Assembly (NCBI RefSeq): GCF_006345805.1
Contig: NC_042997.1
Coordinates: 112,840,001-112,904,000, forward strand
Length of the DNA: 64,000 bases
Direction: 5' to 3'
Origin: Octopus sinensis
Lineage: Eukaryota
Shown: piece after piece, positions 37,542 to 51,901 of the stretch
Layout of the letters: each line of letters begins with the position of its first letter
Position numbering within the stretch: the stretch's first letter is position 1
The notes under the pieces: generated by a model
What the model was told of the DNA's origin: nothing
The model's database searches: none
What the model saw: only the letters and a program-made list of their open reading frames with translations
Translations under genes and position numbers: made by a program

Positions 37542-40500
37542 CCTTTCTGCTTAAATTTTCATGGATTTCTTTTAGCTGTATTTCAGTATTTAAAAAAAAA
37601 AATTTGTCTTATTAAAAAGAAGAAAAAAAAGTTGTGCCGTTGTTATCAATTATCATTAACTATCGTGTTTATTGTTGTTTTTAATTTATATATTAACCGA
37701 TCCACGCCCACTTCTTGTACGTTCGTACGACATTAATAGTCTTTTATCGCTATTTCCATCTTGTATATATAAATTCCTAATTATACCCTGTTGTCTTTTT
37801 TTTTTTTAATTCGATATCTTCATAAATTTAATTACGCGCACACACGATTCTGTTCTTGATTGAGCTCCTGTGAAATCGGCGTACCTAAACCAGCCTCTAA
37901 GAAGACTTGTATGCATGTCACACATTTCACGAACGATCGTCTTAAAATTTAATTCATTTCTTAGCAAAAACTATTTTTCTTCCCTTTTAGATAACCTAAT
38001 TCTGACATTTATTGGCTTGTATTTCACCATATGTTTTAATACTCTATTGATCACAAACGTTGGCTACATTACACAACTTAGCTTGAAGACAATTTCTTCT
38101 CTTTTTTTTTCTTCATATTTTTACATTTTTAAAAAGCGAAAGAGAGAAAAGAGACCTACTCGTGATTAATAGGTTATTGCAATTAGAAAGACTCTACGAG
38201 GAGAGGCGGTTGCTTGTTCGATCATCGATACTATTGTGAGAGGAGAAACAAGCTACTCAACACTTCACGCTGAAAGACATAATTTTCGACGAGAATCTGC
38301 GACAAATTTGTCTGACCTCCCTATCTTCTGTCCTTGTCTATGACTGGACGGGGCGTGTATCCTATTGAAAACCAAAATGGTACTATCAGGGAGTCTCTCT
38401 AAAAAAAAAAAAAAGATACCAAATAAAAATGAAAATAAGACGAGATGGTCGTGATTGAATGCTTTGATCAAAGTTGCAGAAATCCTCCATTTTTTTTTAC
38501 CCCCAGGGAACATAGTGTAGTTTAATTGAGAAGAAAAAAATGACCCAAGTGGTTGATGGAAAGTGCAAAGCTGTCTTTAGTTGGTGGGGAGAGGAGAAAT
38601 ATAGATATCGTTTGTAAAAAAAACATAAATTCGAAAAAAGTGCACTCTGAGATGTAGAGCAGTATATATTAACAATGAGGAAGGTCTTTCCCATTTTTGA
38701 TATGCATATATAGTTATTTTTCATACAAGCCAGATGTACTTATAGCAGGAAGGATGTTGATTAGCACATGGTAATAAGTACTGTTGACCAGACCTTATAT
38801 GAAGACTCTTAAAACCTGTAACATTTCTTATTAACTAATCTTCAGACACTTATTTAGTTCCTGGAGATTATAAATCTGTAAATAACACCACAGAGTTCTC
38901 TCTTCACGACTTCTCCCCAAATTTCACTCACAGTTCTTCAAAAGCACTTGTGCTGGACAATCTGTTCGGAACTAAGCAGAGTATCATTCTTCATACTTTT
39001 AGCTCCATATCTTTTATAGAATTAGGAAGATCAATATGTTGAAGCACTGGAGGAATGTCCTCACATTTACAAGGAAGATCCTAACTAGGAATTCTCTTCA
39101 ACAGATTACAGAAAAACACAGAAGAGATCTTCCCAGACACAGTCTGCCATGCATTCATCCATGCAGAGGACAACTGACATCAACTGAAGCCGGCCTAATT
39201 TTGTTTTTCTTTTTTTTTTATTCAGAACGAAGGGGAGGAGAGTGCTTGTAACCTTTAGAGGCACTTCCCTGTTTAGTGAAGTTGAAGTTCATTTTCTGGT
39301 TGAACTCTTGCAGGCTGATGCTTGTGAGGAAGTTGTAGGGAGGGTTACAATTCTGAACAAAGAATTTTGTTGGTGCATTATCTCTACCACTGTCTTGTCC
39401 CAATTCAGTTTTTCTCATAGTCTCGATTCTACCATTCACTTTCTCAGTCTATGCTTTGATTGGAATAACACATCATAGAGTAACGATTCTTTAGTTACAA
39501 AGGTAAAACAGCCAATAATAGTCTTTGTGTAATGGGTTGGTAAATTAGGGGAGACAACATTGAGCTGAAAAGAATTTTTAGTTTTGTTGAGAAAATGACA
39601 ACCTCTCTAATGCTGGTGCCATGACAAAATGCAGCCAGTACTTTCCATAAAGGGCATCTGGCTATAAAAGCCAAACCGAAAATGAAATGTATCTTTCAAG
39701 CCATCTTGGAAGGCAGTGACTCCAAAAAAAAGAGCTGACTCAGGAAATGTGATGACCCATCCAACCTATGCCTGTATAGAAAATTGATGTAGAATGAAAA
39801 TAAGATTTAAGCACATTAGTAATGATAAGAGGGACAAATCAATTGGAAGGTGATGTCGACAATATTAGTTGAGTGGAGGAGGAATTGTGGTGGCAGTGAT
39901 GATGGATATTTGTGATTTAATGATTAGGTGCCAACTGTTTGATCAACTGAATCAACAAGTGGCTGAGTATCCCTAAGATAAACACACCGTAAATGTTATT
40001 TTCAGGCAGAATCATTGTGACATGGCATATGTGAAAAGGCTGTACCTTTTAAATTTTAGGTACAGTCCACCTAAAAAGCTTCTATGCAGTTTCCATCTAC
40101 CTAATCTCACAAGATATGGGCTAACCTAAGGCTAAGGGAACTGACATTTGCCTAAGATGCCATGCAGTGGGATCAAACCTGTGACCTTGTGGTTTGGAAG
40201 CCAACTCCTTAACCATTTAGCCATATTGCACCTTCAAGAACTCTTATGCTAAGCGGTGAATGTTACACATCATTTGGCTCCTGGTTGGAATGTGATGGAA
40301 AGGGAAAAAATTTTAGCCAAACAGCAATTTTTTATAATGCAGCCTGAGTGTGTGTCTATCAGATAAAGGCATCATTTATAGATGAATGAATGATCCATTT
40401 GGGGATCATTAGGACTTTGGAGAAGGTGTTGGTATCTAGTAAATTCAGTTCTTGGAGAAGAAACACTGTATCTTTGAGAAACAGTTTTGTTTAAATTTTA

Positions 40501-40855
40501 GAAGTGTGGTCACCGTAAAAGCTGTTCCGATTACAAGGTCTGGCATTTATTATGACTCAAGTATTTTAGTTTTGTACTCTTCATAAATAGGAAGATCTTA
40601 TATTGGAGAAGTTAAAGGTCAGAACACTTTCCAGATGGGGATTTCTTCTCTGAAGACCTGCTGTTCAGCTCTTGAGAGTTTCTTACAGTTGAGAGGAATA
40701 AAGACGTTCCCTTGCTATCGTGTTCATTGTTTTTGAGATTTTAAAAGTGAGGATGAGAGTTACTATGGTCAAAAAGTTCACTTTCTTTGGGGCTGGAGCA
40801 CACACTTGCATAATTTTGTTCAAATAGATGAATGTTGAGAGACGTTGAAAGTAAA

Positions 40856-41066
40856 GTTCTATATTTAAGAGATGAGGAATGATGTACATTATTTACATTT
40901 GATGGATATTTGTCCTCATCTTGTTTGCTGTTAACACAACATTTTGGCTGATATACCCTCCTGCCTTCAGGTGTCTTGGGGAAATTTCAAACCTGGGTTC
41001 TCGTTCCATGTTAATATTCAGTGATCGGAAGAACAATAATAACAAATATCCATCAAATGTAAATAA
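40856..41066 (-). mobile_element. Third locus of the hammerhead-bearing element
   Basis: Minus strand reads GACAC-CTGA(del TGA)A-GGCAG-gagggtatat-CAGCC-AAAAT-GTT-GTGTT. A short inverted tail lies at about 41030-41066, and gttgaaag occurs on both flanks. Confidence 0.6.
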
Positions 41067-42569
41067 GTTGAAAGGTTTGATAAAAGGTACAAGGTAGCCC
41101 AGCACACTGTTGGTGGCTGATGGCAAAACACTGCCAAAACTAGTTGTCCTTTTGGCTTAAAAAGACTGTGTAGCATTTTTGCACTTGACATTATCATTTG
41201 CAAGAAGTGCAAAGTAAAGGTAAGTCATCTTTGTTGAAAATGGAACTAGTTGAAGGATTCTGAAAAGTTGGTAGAGAGATCTTGTCAAATAAGGACCTGA
41301 TAATGTCTGAAGCTGTGGCTAAGTACAAAATCAGCTTTTGCTGTTCTCATGGTAAACAATAGCAGAGTGAGCACCTTTTTCTTAATGGTAGTCATGGTGG
41401 GGATGATGAATGCCTCTCTGTTATTGATAGTGAGGAAACACTTCTTGGTGTTTGTGGGAAATTTTCTCAAGTGATTGTAAAAGATATCCTACTGTATACC
41501 TGCAGCATGGTTTACTGTGACCTGTTGAGGTTATTGGATTGAGGGCTTTGGCTGCGTGAAAGATGTTGAAGGACATGGGTAACAAGAGGGTTTCAGATAT
41601 CTTCTTGGCTGTCTCAATTAGATCAGGAATAAAACACACTAACAAGCACTCCCCAATATTGTATTGATGGTGTGGGTGTGTGTTAAGGCTTCTTCCCAAC
41701 CACATGGTTCTGGGCTCAGTCCCAATTTGTGCAGCCATATATATTACAATGTAGGTAAAAGAGGTGGGTCATCAATCCCAGCCTAAGTGCCAGTGTCATG
41801 TAAAAAGTGGTTAGAATTAGGAAGAACATAAGGGCATCCAGCCCTAGAAACCATACCAAAGCTAACAATGAGCTTGATGCAGTCCTCTGGTTTGCCAGCT
41901 CCTGTCAATCATTCAACCCATACCTGCATGGAAAATGGCCATTAAATGATGAAAACCATCAGCATCCAATAAGTCATATGGAACATTATCAACCGTCAGC
42001 TTCCTGCTGTGCTGCTTTTAATTGGTTCTTAAAAAGGAAAACTGAACTGCTGGCTTCTTTTTATCCTTTTTTATTCATTAAAGAATATTTTTGAAGGACA
42101 TTAAATTTCACTCCCAGATCAGAGAAGTCAGTATTTCCCTTCTTTTCATTTGAAGACAATGGTGAGATGCTGAAACCTGGTGTTTTGTGTTATTCTTTCT
42201 TGTCCCCCAAATATTTAGTATTTTTGATGTCTATAAACATCATACCATTTGTCTACAGACAGGTTTCCCTTTCTTAAGTTCAACCTTTCACAACAACCAT
42301 TTACCCTCCAAACTTTTTGGTCTAGTATTCAAGTTTCAAGCTAATTGGTCAAATTTTTTGTTTCAGTAATTAGACTGCAACCATTCTGGGGCACCACCTT
42401 CAATTTGTAGTCAAATGAATCAACCCCAGTACTTTTTTAATTTTAAGAGACTGATATTTATTCTGTTGGTGTCGTTTGCCAAACCACTAAGTTATAGGGA
42501 CATAAACACACTAACACTAGTTGTGTGTGTGTGTATGTATGTATGTGTATATATATAGATAGATAGATC

Positions 42570-42748
42570 AGGGGTAAAACACAAGTTTTTTTCATTCTCT
42601 CTGTTTATTTACTCATGTTCCTTTCTGTTGAAGAGCATATGCTTGAAATGTAAAAGACTTTTTCATTTTCCCCGAGTGTCAAACTAATACACTTGCTTGT
42701 TGTTCATACACGTCTTCATCTTTTGTTTTTCCATAAATTTTAACTATG
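42570..42748 (+). mobile_element. Different Penelope-like LTR remnant with a degenerate hammerhead-shaped motif, inserted in (TAGA)n inside a SINE
   Basis: 42621-42656 reads CTTT-CTGTTGA-A-GAGC-atat-GCTT-GAAAT-GTA-AAAG. The element is flanked by tatagatagatagatc on both sides. Confidence 0.45.
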
Positions 42749-43583
42749 TATAGATAGATAGATCCATGCTAGCATGGAAAGCGGACGTTAAACGATGATG
42801 ATGATACACATACAATGGGCACCTTTCAGTTTCTGTCAACTACATTCTCTTAGAAGGCTTGACCCGAGCCAATAGCAAAAGATACTTGCCCACAGTGCCA
42901 AGCAGTGGGACTGAACCTGGATCAATGTGGTTGGGAAGCCAATTTCTTATCACATAGCTAATGCAAGGAGGAATACTAGAACTATTAATATTTAGCTGGA
43001 GCAACAGAATTTGCCGAGGGCTGTTTCATGCATCAGCACATATCAAACCCCCTTTCATAAGTGCTAATGCATGAAACTCCTGGCCCTTGAGTCACTCTGT
43101 TGCTTCCTCTAAATATTAATGAAAGAAATAAATACACACACACAAGCACACTTTCAGTTTTTGGGTTAACTCAGGACTATAGTGGGAAATAGTTGGCCAA
43201 GGTGACATGTAGTAGGATTTAACCTGAAACTGTATATTTGGGTTCTGAACCTCTCAACTCTGTAGCAGTACCTGTGCCTGCACAAGAGCAAACTCTGATG
43301 CAAAGTCTCTATTGTTTGCTGTATCAAAGTCTATATTTAATCTCAAATCAGTGACATTAATTTTGACTTTAATCAAAATTTAAGCTTATAATGAAATATT
43401 CATTTGTCAGCTCATGTGATAGATTAGCATATTTTTTTTTTAACCAACATTTGTTTCTTTTGTTTGTTTGTTCTGTAATTTTTTTGTATTGCATAAATAC
43501 AGCTTGGCAATTTAAAACATTTCGTTTAAATGGTTTTTAACTGAATGACTTGGGTATATTTTGTATCCTCAATCATATGACGC

Positions 43584-43795
43584 TTAGCCCTTTCGATTAT
43601 CAACCCAGCTGAAACCACCTCTGGCTGTGTAATACAAATGTCTTGTTTTCAAAAGTTCTGAATTAAAATCTTCCACCAAACCTTAGTCACAATTTATGTC
43701 CCAAACACTAGCTTAATGATAACTAAGTTATTTTACTAAATTAATTGAAAGAAACAGACAGCATCTCAACAGAAGTATGGTGACGAAAGGGTTAA
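43584..43795. mobile_element. Solo copy of the same piggyBac-like MITE
   Basis: ttagccctttcgat...gacgaaagggttaa, with internal sequence matching the 28.2-28.9 kb copies. Confidence 0.75.
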
Positions 43796-44938
43796 AGTAA
43801 GTTATATACGGATGAAGCTGCTACTTAATAGGATCAATTTGGGACAGTCTTTTAGACAAGAACAACCAGTGTGGTAAGAAGCTTACTTTTCAACCACATG
43901 GTTCCAGGTTCAGTCCCACTTGCATGGCACTTTGGACAAGTGTCTTCTACTATAGTCCCGGGCTGACCAGAGCCTTGTGAGTGGATTTGATAGATGGAAA
44001 CATCATATATATATATATAATTATTAAAAAAAAAAACGAAGAATAAAACAACATGAGGATGTGGTACGTGCAAAGTATTAAAAGAATGCTCAGAGAAGGA
44101 ACGAAAGGGTGTTTCGAGCAAAGCTCTTCTTCAGAAACAGGAGACAGGAAAGTCCAAGAGAAAAGGAAGATGGAGGGGAATAAATCACCAACGATCCTAT
44201 GCTGTAGTGTCCGTGTTTGTTGTCGTCATCCCCCCACCGTTACCATTTGACAACTGGTGTTGGTGTGGTTATGTCCTCCTACCTTAGTGGTTCAGAATGC
44301 TAGGCTTTAAAAAAAAGTACTAGGGTCCTTTCATTCAACTAAAAATTCTTCAAGGCGTTGTCCCAGCATGATTGCTGTCTAATGACTGGAACCAGTAAAA
44401 GAAAAAAACAAAACAAACTTGATAACATTAAACAGGAGGTTTGAGTATATATCCTTTCTACTAGGAGCACAAGGCCTGATGTTGGTGGGGAGGGGGCTAG
44501 TTAATTACATTCATCCCCAGTATTCAACTGGTATCTATGTTATCAACCCCAAGAGAATAAAAGGCAAAGTCAACCTCTGCAGCATTTGAACTTGTATCCT
44601 AAAGATGGGTGAAATGCCGCTAACCATTTTTTCCACTTGCTAACGATCTGTATATTAATTGGTTTGTTTGTAGTTGTCTACCGACATTTCTGTATTGTAT
44701 GATTTTGGGATCATTTCTACTCTGCATCACCTTGGCATGTCTTCTGTTACAATCCTTGGCCAACTAAAGCTTTGTGAGTGGATTTGACAGATGGAAACAG
44801 TCTTGCCAACTGAGTTGGTGATATATATATATAAAAGCTTAGGTATGTTTTGACCAAAGATTAGTCCAGGCCATGTCTAACTTAATAGCACAACCTGACA
44901 AGATTATCTAAATCCTTTATAAGTCAAGTTTTATGGTA

Positions 44939-45504
44939 TCACGGTCCATTCAAGTTGGGATTTTTTGTTGAGTGAGTTGTATCCAGGTGTGTGGGTGGCT
45001 TATCTTGTATTCCTTGAAGAAATTTGTCCAGATTCCCTATAAAGGTGTATCCCTCTTTGATCTGTTTTGGGACAATGTTAAATAGGGCAGGGCCTGTTGA
45101 AAAAAAGAAATTGTGTTGCAGTGTATTTATGTGTTGTGATCCTGAATTGGGTAGGGGACATATGGCCCGTGGTCCTAGCCTTGGATGAATTTTGAAGCTA
45201 ATGTTGAGGTCATTTGGGCAATGCTGGTGGTATATCCTCCACATCGTGCAAATGATGTATTGTTCACGGTCCCAGTAATTGAGATCAGTCATGCCCTCTG
45301 GGGTGATTCAGTTTTCTAGATGTTTTGTTTTGTATGGGAAGACCACAGGGGAGTAGCAGTATTCAAGGTGTGGCTGTACAAAGGAGAAAAGTGGAATGAT
45401 GCCACCCTGTTCTCTGGACTGGAATGTGTAATGTGAAGAAACAAAAGACCTGGTAATTCAAACATGACTCCGATTAGAGATGGATTTAAAAGACAAATGT
45501 ACAT
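44939..45504 (-). mobile_element. CR1-like LINE 3' fragment (RT C-terminal region)
   Basis: Translations LYSHTLNTATPLWSSHTKQNI*KTESPQRA and MTDLNYWDR...GPALFNIVPKQI...LDKFLQGIQDKP resemble CR1-group C-termini (LEYCSPLWSP...IESVQRA; L.YWERL; GP.LFN.LP; LD.FL..VPD.P). Confidence 0.75.
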
Positions 45505-46064
45505 GATAGACTAAAAATATATAAATACATTTTTTAAAGAATCTATAAATAAATATATTAAGAATATATATGTATAAATTAATAGATTTTTAAAAAATCT
45601 CCAGATGGATGTATAAAAATGTTAAAACATGAGTGTATAAGTAAAAATATTGGAGAAAGTCTGAAGCGAAGTAAAAAATACAATGAGGAGCAAAATTAAT
45701 ATGTATGTATGTATATGTATTTATATATATGTGTGTGTGTGTGTATATATATATATGTATATAAAGGGATCTCCAGTTTGCTTACTTGGTTCGGGTTTTA
45801 GCTTTATTTCATTAGCTATGAATACAGTTGTTTTATCAGTAGCATCTCATGATGAAATAATTATTCTCTCTGCTGTCAGTTGTATGTAGAGAAGCAACAT
45901 AGCATCACGTGCTGGCATTACTTTAACATCTGTTGTGGACTTCTTTTTTTTTTTCTTCTTCTAAGTAGATTTCTGAGAGCCTTGTTGTTTCAACTGTCCT
46001 TTACCCTTGAATGCCTATAGTGTTCATTATTTTGCTGGCTTATTATTTGTATTATATATATGTG

Positions 46065-46105
<41 letters not shown>

Positions 46106-48999
46106 CAAACATGCACACACATACATTAGTAAATGTCAACGCTGACATAAGATTGATTTTTCTTTTCCTTCAATATTTCACCACACTTCAATCTTTTCAT
46201 TTTATAATAGCTGTTTGAATATGAGTTTAAAAAAATTTTTTTTTTATTATTATTTTCGACTTGTTTCAGTCATTTGATTGTGGCCATACTAGGGCACTGA
46301 TTTGAAGGATTTTTAGTCTAATGAATCAACCAAAGTACTTATTTAAAAAAAAATTCTTCTTTTTAAGCTTGCTATTTGTCCTATCGGTCTTTTTTGTTGA
46401 GTTGCTAAGTTACAGGGATGTAAACACACCAACACCATTTGCAAGTTGTGGTAGGGGATAAACACTGACACACACACACACAAACATGACAGGCTTTCAG
46501 TTTCCATCTACCAAATCCACTCACAAGGCTTTGGTTGGCCTGAGGCTACAGTAGAAGACACAGATCGTGTCGTATAGCCAGCTGGAAACAATGTCTCCTG
46601 GGGCTAATTTGCAGTAATATTTGTCCTAAACCAGGACTGCCATGTTATGTTGGCAAACAATCTTTACTACAGAGCCATGTCTAGTTTGCCAACTAATCTG
46701 CAAAATTAGTCAAGAAGCATTGGAACAAATATACTTTACAGCAGTCATTTGGTCTCTTTACCAAGTTCAAATTCCACCAATGTTTTCTGTTTCTGGTGGG
46801 CGGTGGTGGTGGTGGGGCAGTGAAATAAGTCAGATACGGAGGTTAATGGTAATCAACTGCTTCCCCTCCTCTCAAAATTGCTTGCCTTCAGTCTAAATCA
46901 GAAATCTTCATTTTATTGAAAAAGCACCATCCAAATGTGGCCGATGCCAGCGCCACTTTGACTGGCCTCTGTGCCGGTGGCATGTAAAAAGCACCAACCG
47001 ATCGTGGCCGCTGCCAGTATCCCCTGGTACCTGTGCCGGTGGCACATAAAAAGCACCCACTACACTCACGGAGTGGTTGGTGTTAGGAAGGGCAACCAGC
47101 TGTAAAAACACTGCCAGATCAGACTGGAGCCTGGTGCAGCCTCCTGGCTTCCCAGACCACGGTCAAACTGTCCAACCCGTGCTAGCACGGAAAACAGGCA
47201 TTAAATGATGATGATGAAGCAGCAGTTTGCTAAGTCATGAAATGGTGGCTTACTCACTGATGCAAATAAATAAAATGAAATTTTTTATGAATTTCTTAAT
47301 TTCATGGATCTTTATGCAAAGATTTTGAAAAATACAAAATTGTCACTACATGTTCTTGTTTTATTTCCCAGAAGCTGTTAAATCAGCATTATTGATGATG
47401 GTTTGGAAATGTGTTTCCCGACCATGTGGTTTCGGGTTCAGTTCCACTGCGCAGTACTTTAGGCAAATATCTTCTACTGTAGTCCCAGGCCAACCAAAGT
47501 CTCTGGGTAGATCTGGTGGATGGCAGGCGAAAGCCCATTGTGTACGTATATGTATGTTTGTGTGTAGCCTTGTTGTGACATCATGTGATTGTTAATGATC
47601 ATTAACCATCATACAAGGGTTGTTGTTCATTTCCAATGTTCTGTGTGAATGTGTGTGGCCATAGAGATATTTCTTCATCATCATTAAACAATGATGATGA
47701 TGGAGAAATATTACCTTTTGGAAACAGGTGAGGATTGGTGACAGGAAGAGTATCCAACTTTAGAAATTCTGCCTCAACAAATTCCATCTGATGCATACAA
47801 GCATGGAAAAGTGAAAATTAAAAAAAAATTTTAATGATGGTGTAAATTCTGTAAATGAAAAATGCAATTAATGTATTTACTCTGCTGTTTTTTTTTTCTT
47901 TATCTTTTGACTCAACTAATTTCAGCCTTTTCTGAATGGTCCCAATCCAAATATGTGTTTTCCAGTCTTCTAAATTCTAATATATTTATTACTTACTTGC
48001 TTGTGTGTGTGTGTATGTTTCATTGACATATTTAGTGTTTACTATGGCATCAGTTAGTCTTGCAAAACCAGCAAACGCTGGAGCGAGATGAGGAGGTTGG
48101 GTATCTGCATGTGGGCCAGGATCACAATGGCCAACTAGGGAAAATTTGAGATATACATCTGCATCATTTGGGCATACACTGCATTCTGTCCTCTTCAAAA
48201 TTGGTTTTTGGTCAGGGTCAGAGATCTGTGGAGCTACAAAAAGCTACATGACCAGGAGGTATACTATTGAGAGAGCTAGACTTATACAAAATATCTGACC
48301 ACCTTATTTTTACTGAATTCTTTGTATTCACATTTTTGATTTTGTGTTGATTTCTTCTGATGATTACCAATGTCGTATTAATTCCTTTCCTCAACTTTTG
48401 CTCTGAGCTGGCATAAATGGTGATGTGTGCAACTAAAAACATTGAGTCAGATCTTGAATCAGTATCTCGGCCTACCTGTAATCACTGAGCATATCAGCCT
48501 CTGTTTGGTGGGTTCATTAGTTGGAGCAAAGCTCATCCAATCTCAGGTGGGCATGAACCCAAAGTTAGTTGGATCTCATTGTTGATGGCTTGCTCAGTCT
48601 ATCTCACATCCAGAATGCATCTCATGCTACAAAGGTGGAAGAGGTTGAGCTCCAGTTCTATGAAGCAATGTCCTTACCATGCAGCTTCATGTATATCATC
48701 AGCTTGTTCGACCTAATGCTTTTTGCTAGCCTGGTAAATCATCATTTAACACCTATTTTCCATGCTGGCATGGGTTGACAGGAGCTGGTAAGGCTGGAGA
48801 GTTGCACCAGGCTCCATGTGCCTGTTCTGGTGAGGTGTCTATGGCTGGATGCCTTTCCTAATGCCAACCACTTTAGAGAGTGGAATGAGTGCTTTATATG
48901 TGTTGAGGCTATTTTCTTGATATTTGCCAGCTAAGTGGACTGGAGCAATGTGAAATAAAGTATTTCACAATGCATTGCCTGGTCCCGGAATTGAAACCA

Positions 49000-49440
49000 C
49001 AATCTTGTGATCTCTTTTTTTATCAAACAGTTACTCATTGCCTTCTTACTGTTGCAGCTAGTAGTCATTTGCATAGCAATAGTGTTTTCTGGACCTTGCT
49101 TCTTGCTGCCCTTAGTACTTGTATGGTTCCTCACTTGGAGGGGGTCCTCTAATACTGCAGCACACTTTACCTCAATAACAGTGGTAAACTTAATTCAGTA
49201 GAGCTTGCTTCAAACTTGTTTTTCGTTTTGTCATATTTGTTCCCTGAAGGCCTTGAGTGCTATAAATGGTGTCCTTGAGAGAGTCCCAGCTTAGTTGAGC
49301 ATCTCCATCTGGTAGACTTTCAAAGGCATCAACCTCTACCAATTTGATGAATTCAGTCACATTGGTTACTGGACCTTAACCAATGCACTGCTTACCTGCA
49401 GACATGGTGTAGGGCATCTCCTTTGGTTGAAGTCTTATAA
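49000..49440 (-). mobile_element. RTE-clade LINE internal fragment (between endonuclease and RT)
   Basis: Frameshifted translation includes FESLPDGDAQLSWDSLKDTIYS and VLRAARSKVQKT / YANDY*LQ, resembling RTE AARSKVQKTARRCANDYWLQL. Confidence 0.7.
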
Positions 49441-49476
49441 CAATTCAAGAAGTGACACCAATATATTCTTGGAAAC

Positions 49477-49678
49477 CAGCAGTTCTCAACTGGGATCCAT
49501 TTAGTATGTTTCCACAATGCACAAAATGTTTTGAACATTTTTTTAAATACAATTCCTATTAATATTTAATCCTAGAAATATAATAGGATTGTTTGAATAT
49601 TGAATAGTTATGGGGGTCCAATAGAGTAAAATAAGAACCAAAAGGGGTCCAAAGAGAAGAAATAGCTGAGAACCACTG
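49477..49678. mobile_element. hAT (Charlie-like) MITE
   Basis: TIRs cagcagttctcaac and gctgagaaccactg, with subterminal ggggtcc motifs. Confidence 0.65.
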
Positions 49679-51653
49679 TCCTAGACCAAAGTTCAGCTCA
49701 AAGTGTCTTGGCAATATCCTTGTCCCAAACACCTCTGCCAGCTTTTATGTACGATTGACACCTATTTTTATTAGATGAGGAAAATAATTGTTTTTAATTC
49801 ATTATTTACAGTAGTTTCTCTTCTCTATATTCTTATACCAGTTTCAGTTTTCAGAATCTTAGACATTTTATTAGTGAAATCCTGAAGCCCTGAAAAGAGC
49901 AGAAATGCCACCATCATTGGAAGGCATGATGGTAGTTGGAAATGAAATGCAAAGCATAAAAAATACTTTGTCCTTTCTTCCCACTTCACAGAACAAATTA
50001 CACTTTTATGGATCCTGGTCTGGGAAACCCATCAGTTTTTACTGGGCACTGCACTCATCTGTAGGACCTGTGACTGTAGACGAGGTTGAAAGACAGTGTA
50101 GAGAGCACATGCTTAAAGGTAGTATAATGAGTACTTGGGACTGAAGTGTCAAGTTGTTCATTTATAACTGATATACAAAAATGTACCGCTCCTGTTTAAA
50201 ATTATGACTCACCTGCCAGGTTAATCATCATAGCTGATGCGTGTTTGTGTGAAATCACCCTCCCCTCGAGAATTATTTCAAGTTAAGCATAGGTTCTCTC
50301 ATTCTCTAAATCCTGGGATGTTTCATTGGAATATTAACTACAAATGATATAAATCGAATCACTTTTCAACTGTGCTGTACTGTAGACATCTGAGAGTCAC
50401 CTGTCAGGTGGGTCAGAATTAGTATAAATTTTCAGTTCGGTATGTGAGTTAAGTGGTTTGAAGGAAGCTTATTTTACTGAACACTATATTTCCATTGTCA
50501 TTGAGAAATTATATGTATGCGCAGGAGTGGCTGTGTGGTAAGTAGCTTGCTTACCAACCACATGGTTCCAGGTTCAGTCCCACTGTGTGGCACCTCGGGC
50601 AAGTGTCTTCTACTATAGCCTTGGGCCGACCAAAGCCTTGTGAGTGGATTTGGTTTACGGAAACTGAAAGAAGCCCGCCGTGTGTATGTATATATATGTG
50701 TGTGTATATATATATATAATGTATGTATGTATGTATATGTTTGTGTGTCTGTGTTTGTCCCCGTACCATCACTTGACAACTGATGCTGGTGTGTTTATGT
50801 CCCCGTAACTTAGCACTTTGGCAAAAGAGACCAATAGAATAAGTACTAGGCTTACAAAGAATAAATCCTGGGGTTGATTTGTTTAAAAGGCGGTGCTCCA
50901 GCATGGCCACAGTCAAATGACAAACAAATAAAAGAATATATATTTATATATTGCGTGTGTGTGTGTGTCTCTAAACATCCGTGTGCGTGTCCCCCTCTTA
51001 TATAAAAACCCATTTCCTTTCTTCTTTTCTCATTTCTAGTCTATTATAGTAGTTACAGCTACCAAGCTTTGCTCTCAAAATGCCATGAGGTAATTTGTAA
51101 TTTTTTTTTTTTTTTTGACACAGGAAGGCCAATGGGTTGAGACAGTCTGACTAGATTAGCAATTTCACGTTATGTCATTGCATATTTATCATACCTTTCC
51201 CAATGTGTAATCATAGTTTTTTTAACATATGACAGCCAAGAAAGAAATGTGTGCGGCATGATTGGTAAAATTGTACTGATTCATTGTGGTTGTTTAGTCC
51301 CATGTTGGCCTTGATCAAAGACATACCACTCGTGGCCATCCAGTCTTTGAAGGGTATCTAGGACTATGTTAATGTTGTCATTTCTTTCTCCCAGATTGTA
51401 GATTGTGATGCAAGTGAGATTTGGCTGCTGTTTCTAGCACTTTCAGCTACCATCTGGTCTGTCAGTTTTAATAATTAGCCAGGCAGAGGAGTCGCAAGTA
51501 CTTGTTATGTCTCCGTTTTAAATATGTTTCTATAAAGGGTGAGGGTTGGATTTAATTTCGATCGGTCATAATAATCAGGTGTGTGTCTCATACAGCTTAT
51601 GTGGCTGCATCACAGGTAATCAGCATAGCCTTCATAGTTATTCAACCACTGCC

Positions 51654-51694
<41 letters not shown>

Positions 51695-51870
51695 AATGTA
51701 TGATAGATTGCAGTCAATTCATTCTCTCTTACCTGTTTGTGTCTGCCTTCCAAATGCTGTTTTTATTGAGATCTCCCTTTTTAGTAGAAGAAATAGCTAT
51801 AACCCTTTGACTGCTATTTCTAAATTCGGTATGTGGTAAGGCAACTCGTTGCTAAACCCTTATTGCTTAG

Positions 51871-51897
<27 letters not shown>

Positions 51898-51901
<4 letters not shown>

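Noticed and set aside
38880-39480. Possible Tc1/mariner remnants on both strands
   Set aside because: Only vague motif resemblance after several frameshifts, with no TIR found.
41070-41700. Possible hAT-like transposase remnant on the minus strand
   Set aside because: Similarity is too weak and stop-ridden to call by eye.
47950-48760. Unique-looking block that may be a decayed retroelement
   Set aside because: No diagnostic RT, EN or IN motif was recognised in any frame.
50160-50420. Perfect minus-strand donor CAG|GTGAGT (50207-50215), overlapping AP-1 and E-box motifs
   Set aside because: All upstream frames are closed and short motifs are expected by chance in 64 kb; it needs transcript or chromatin data.
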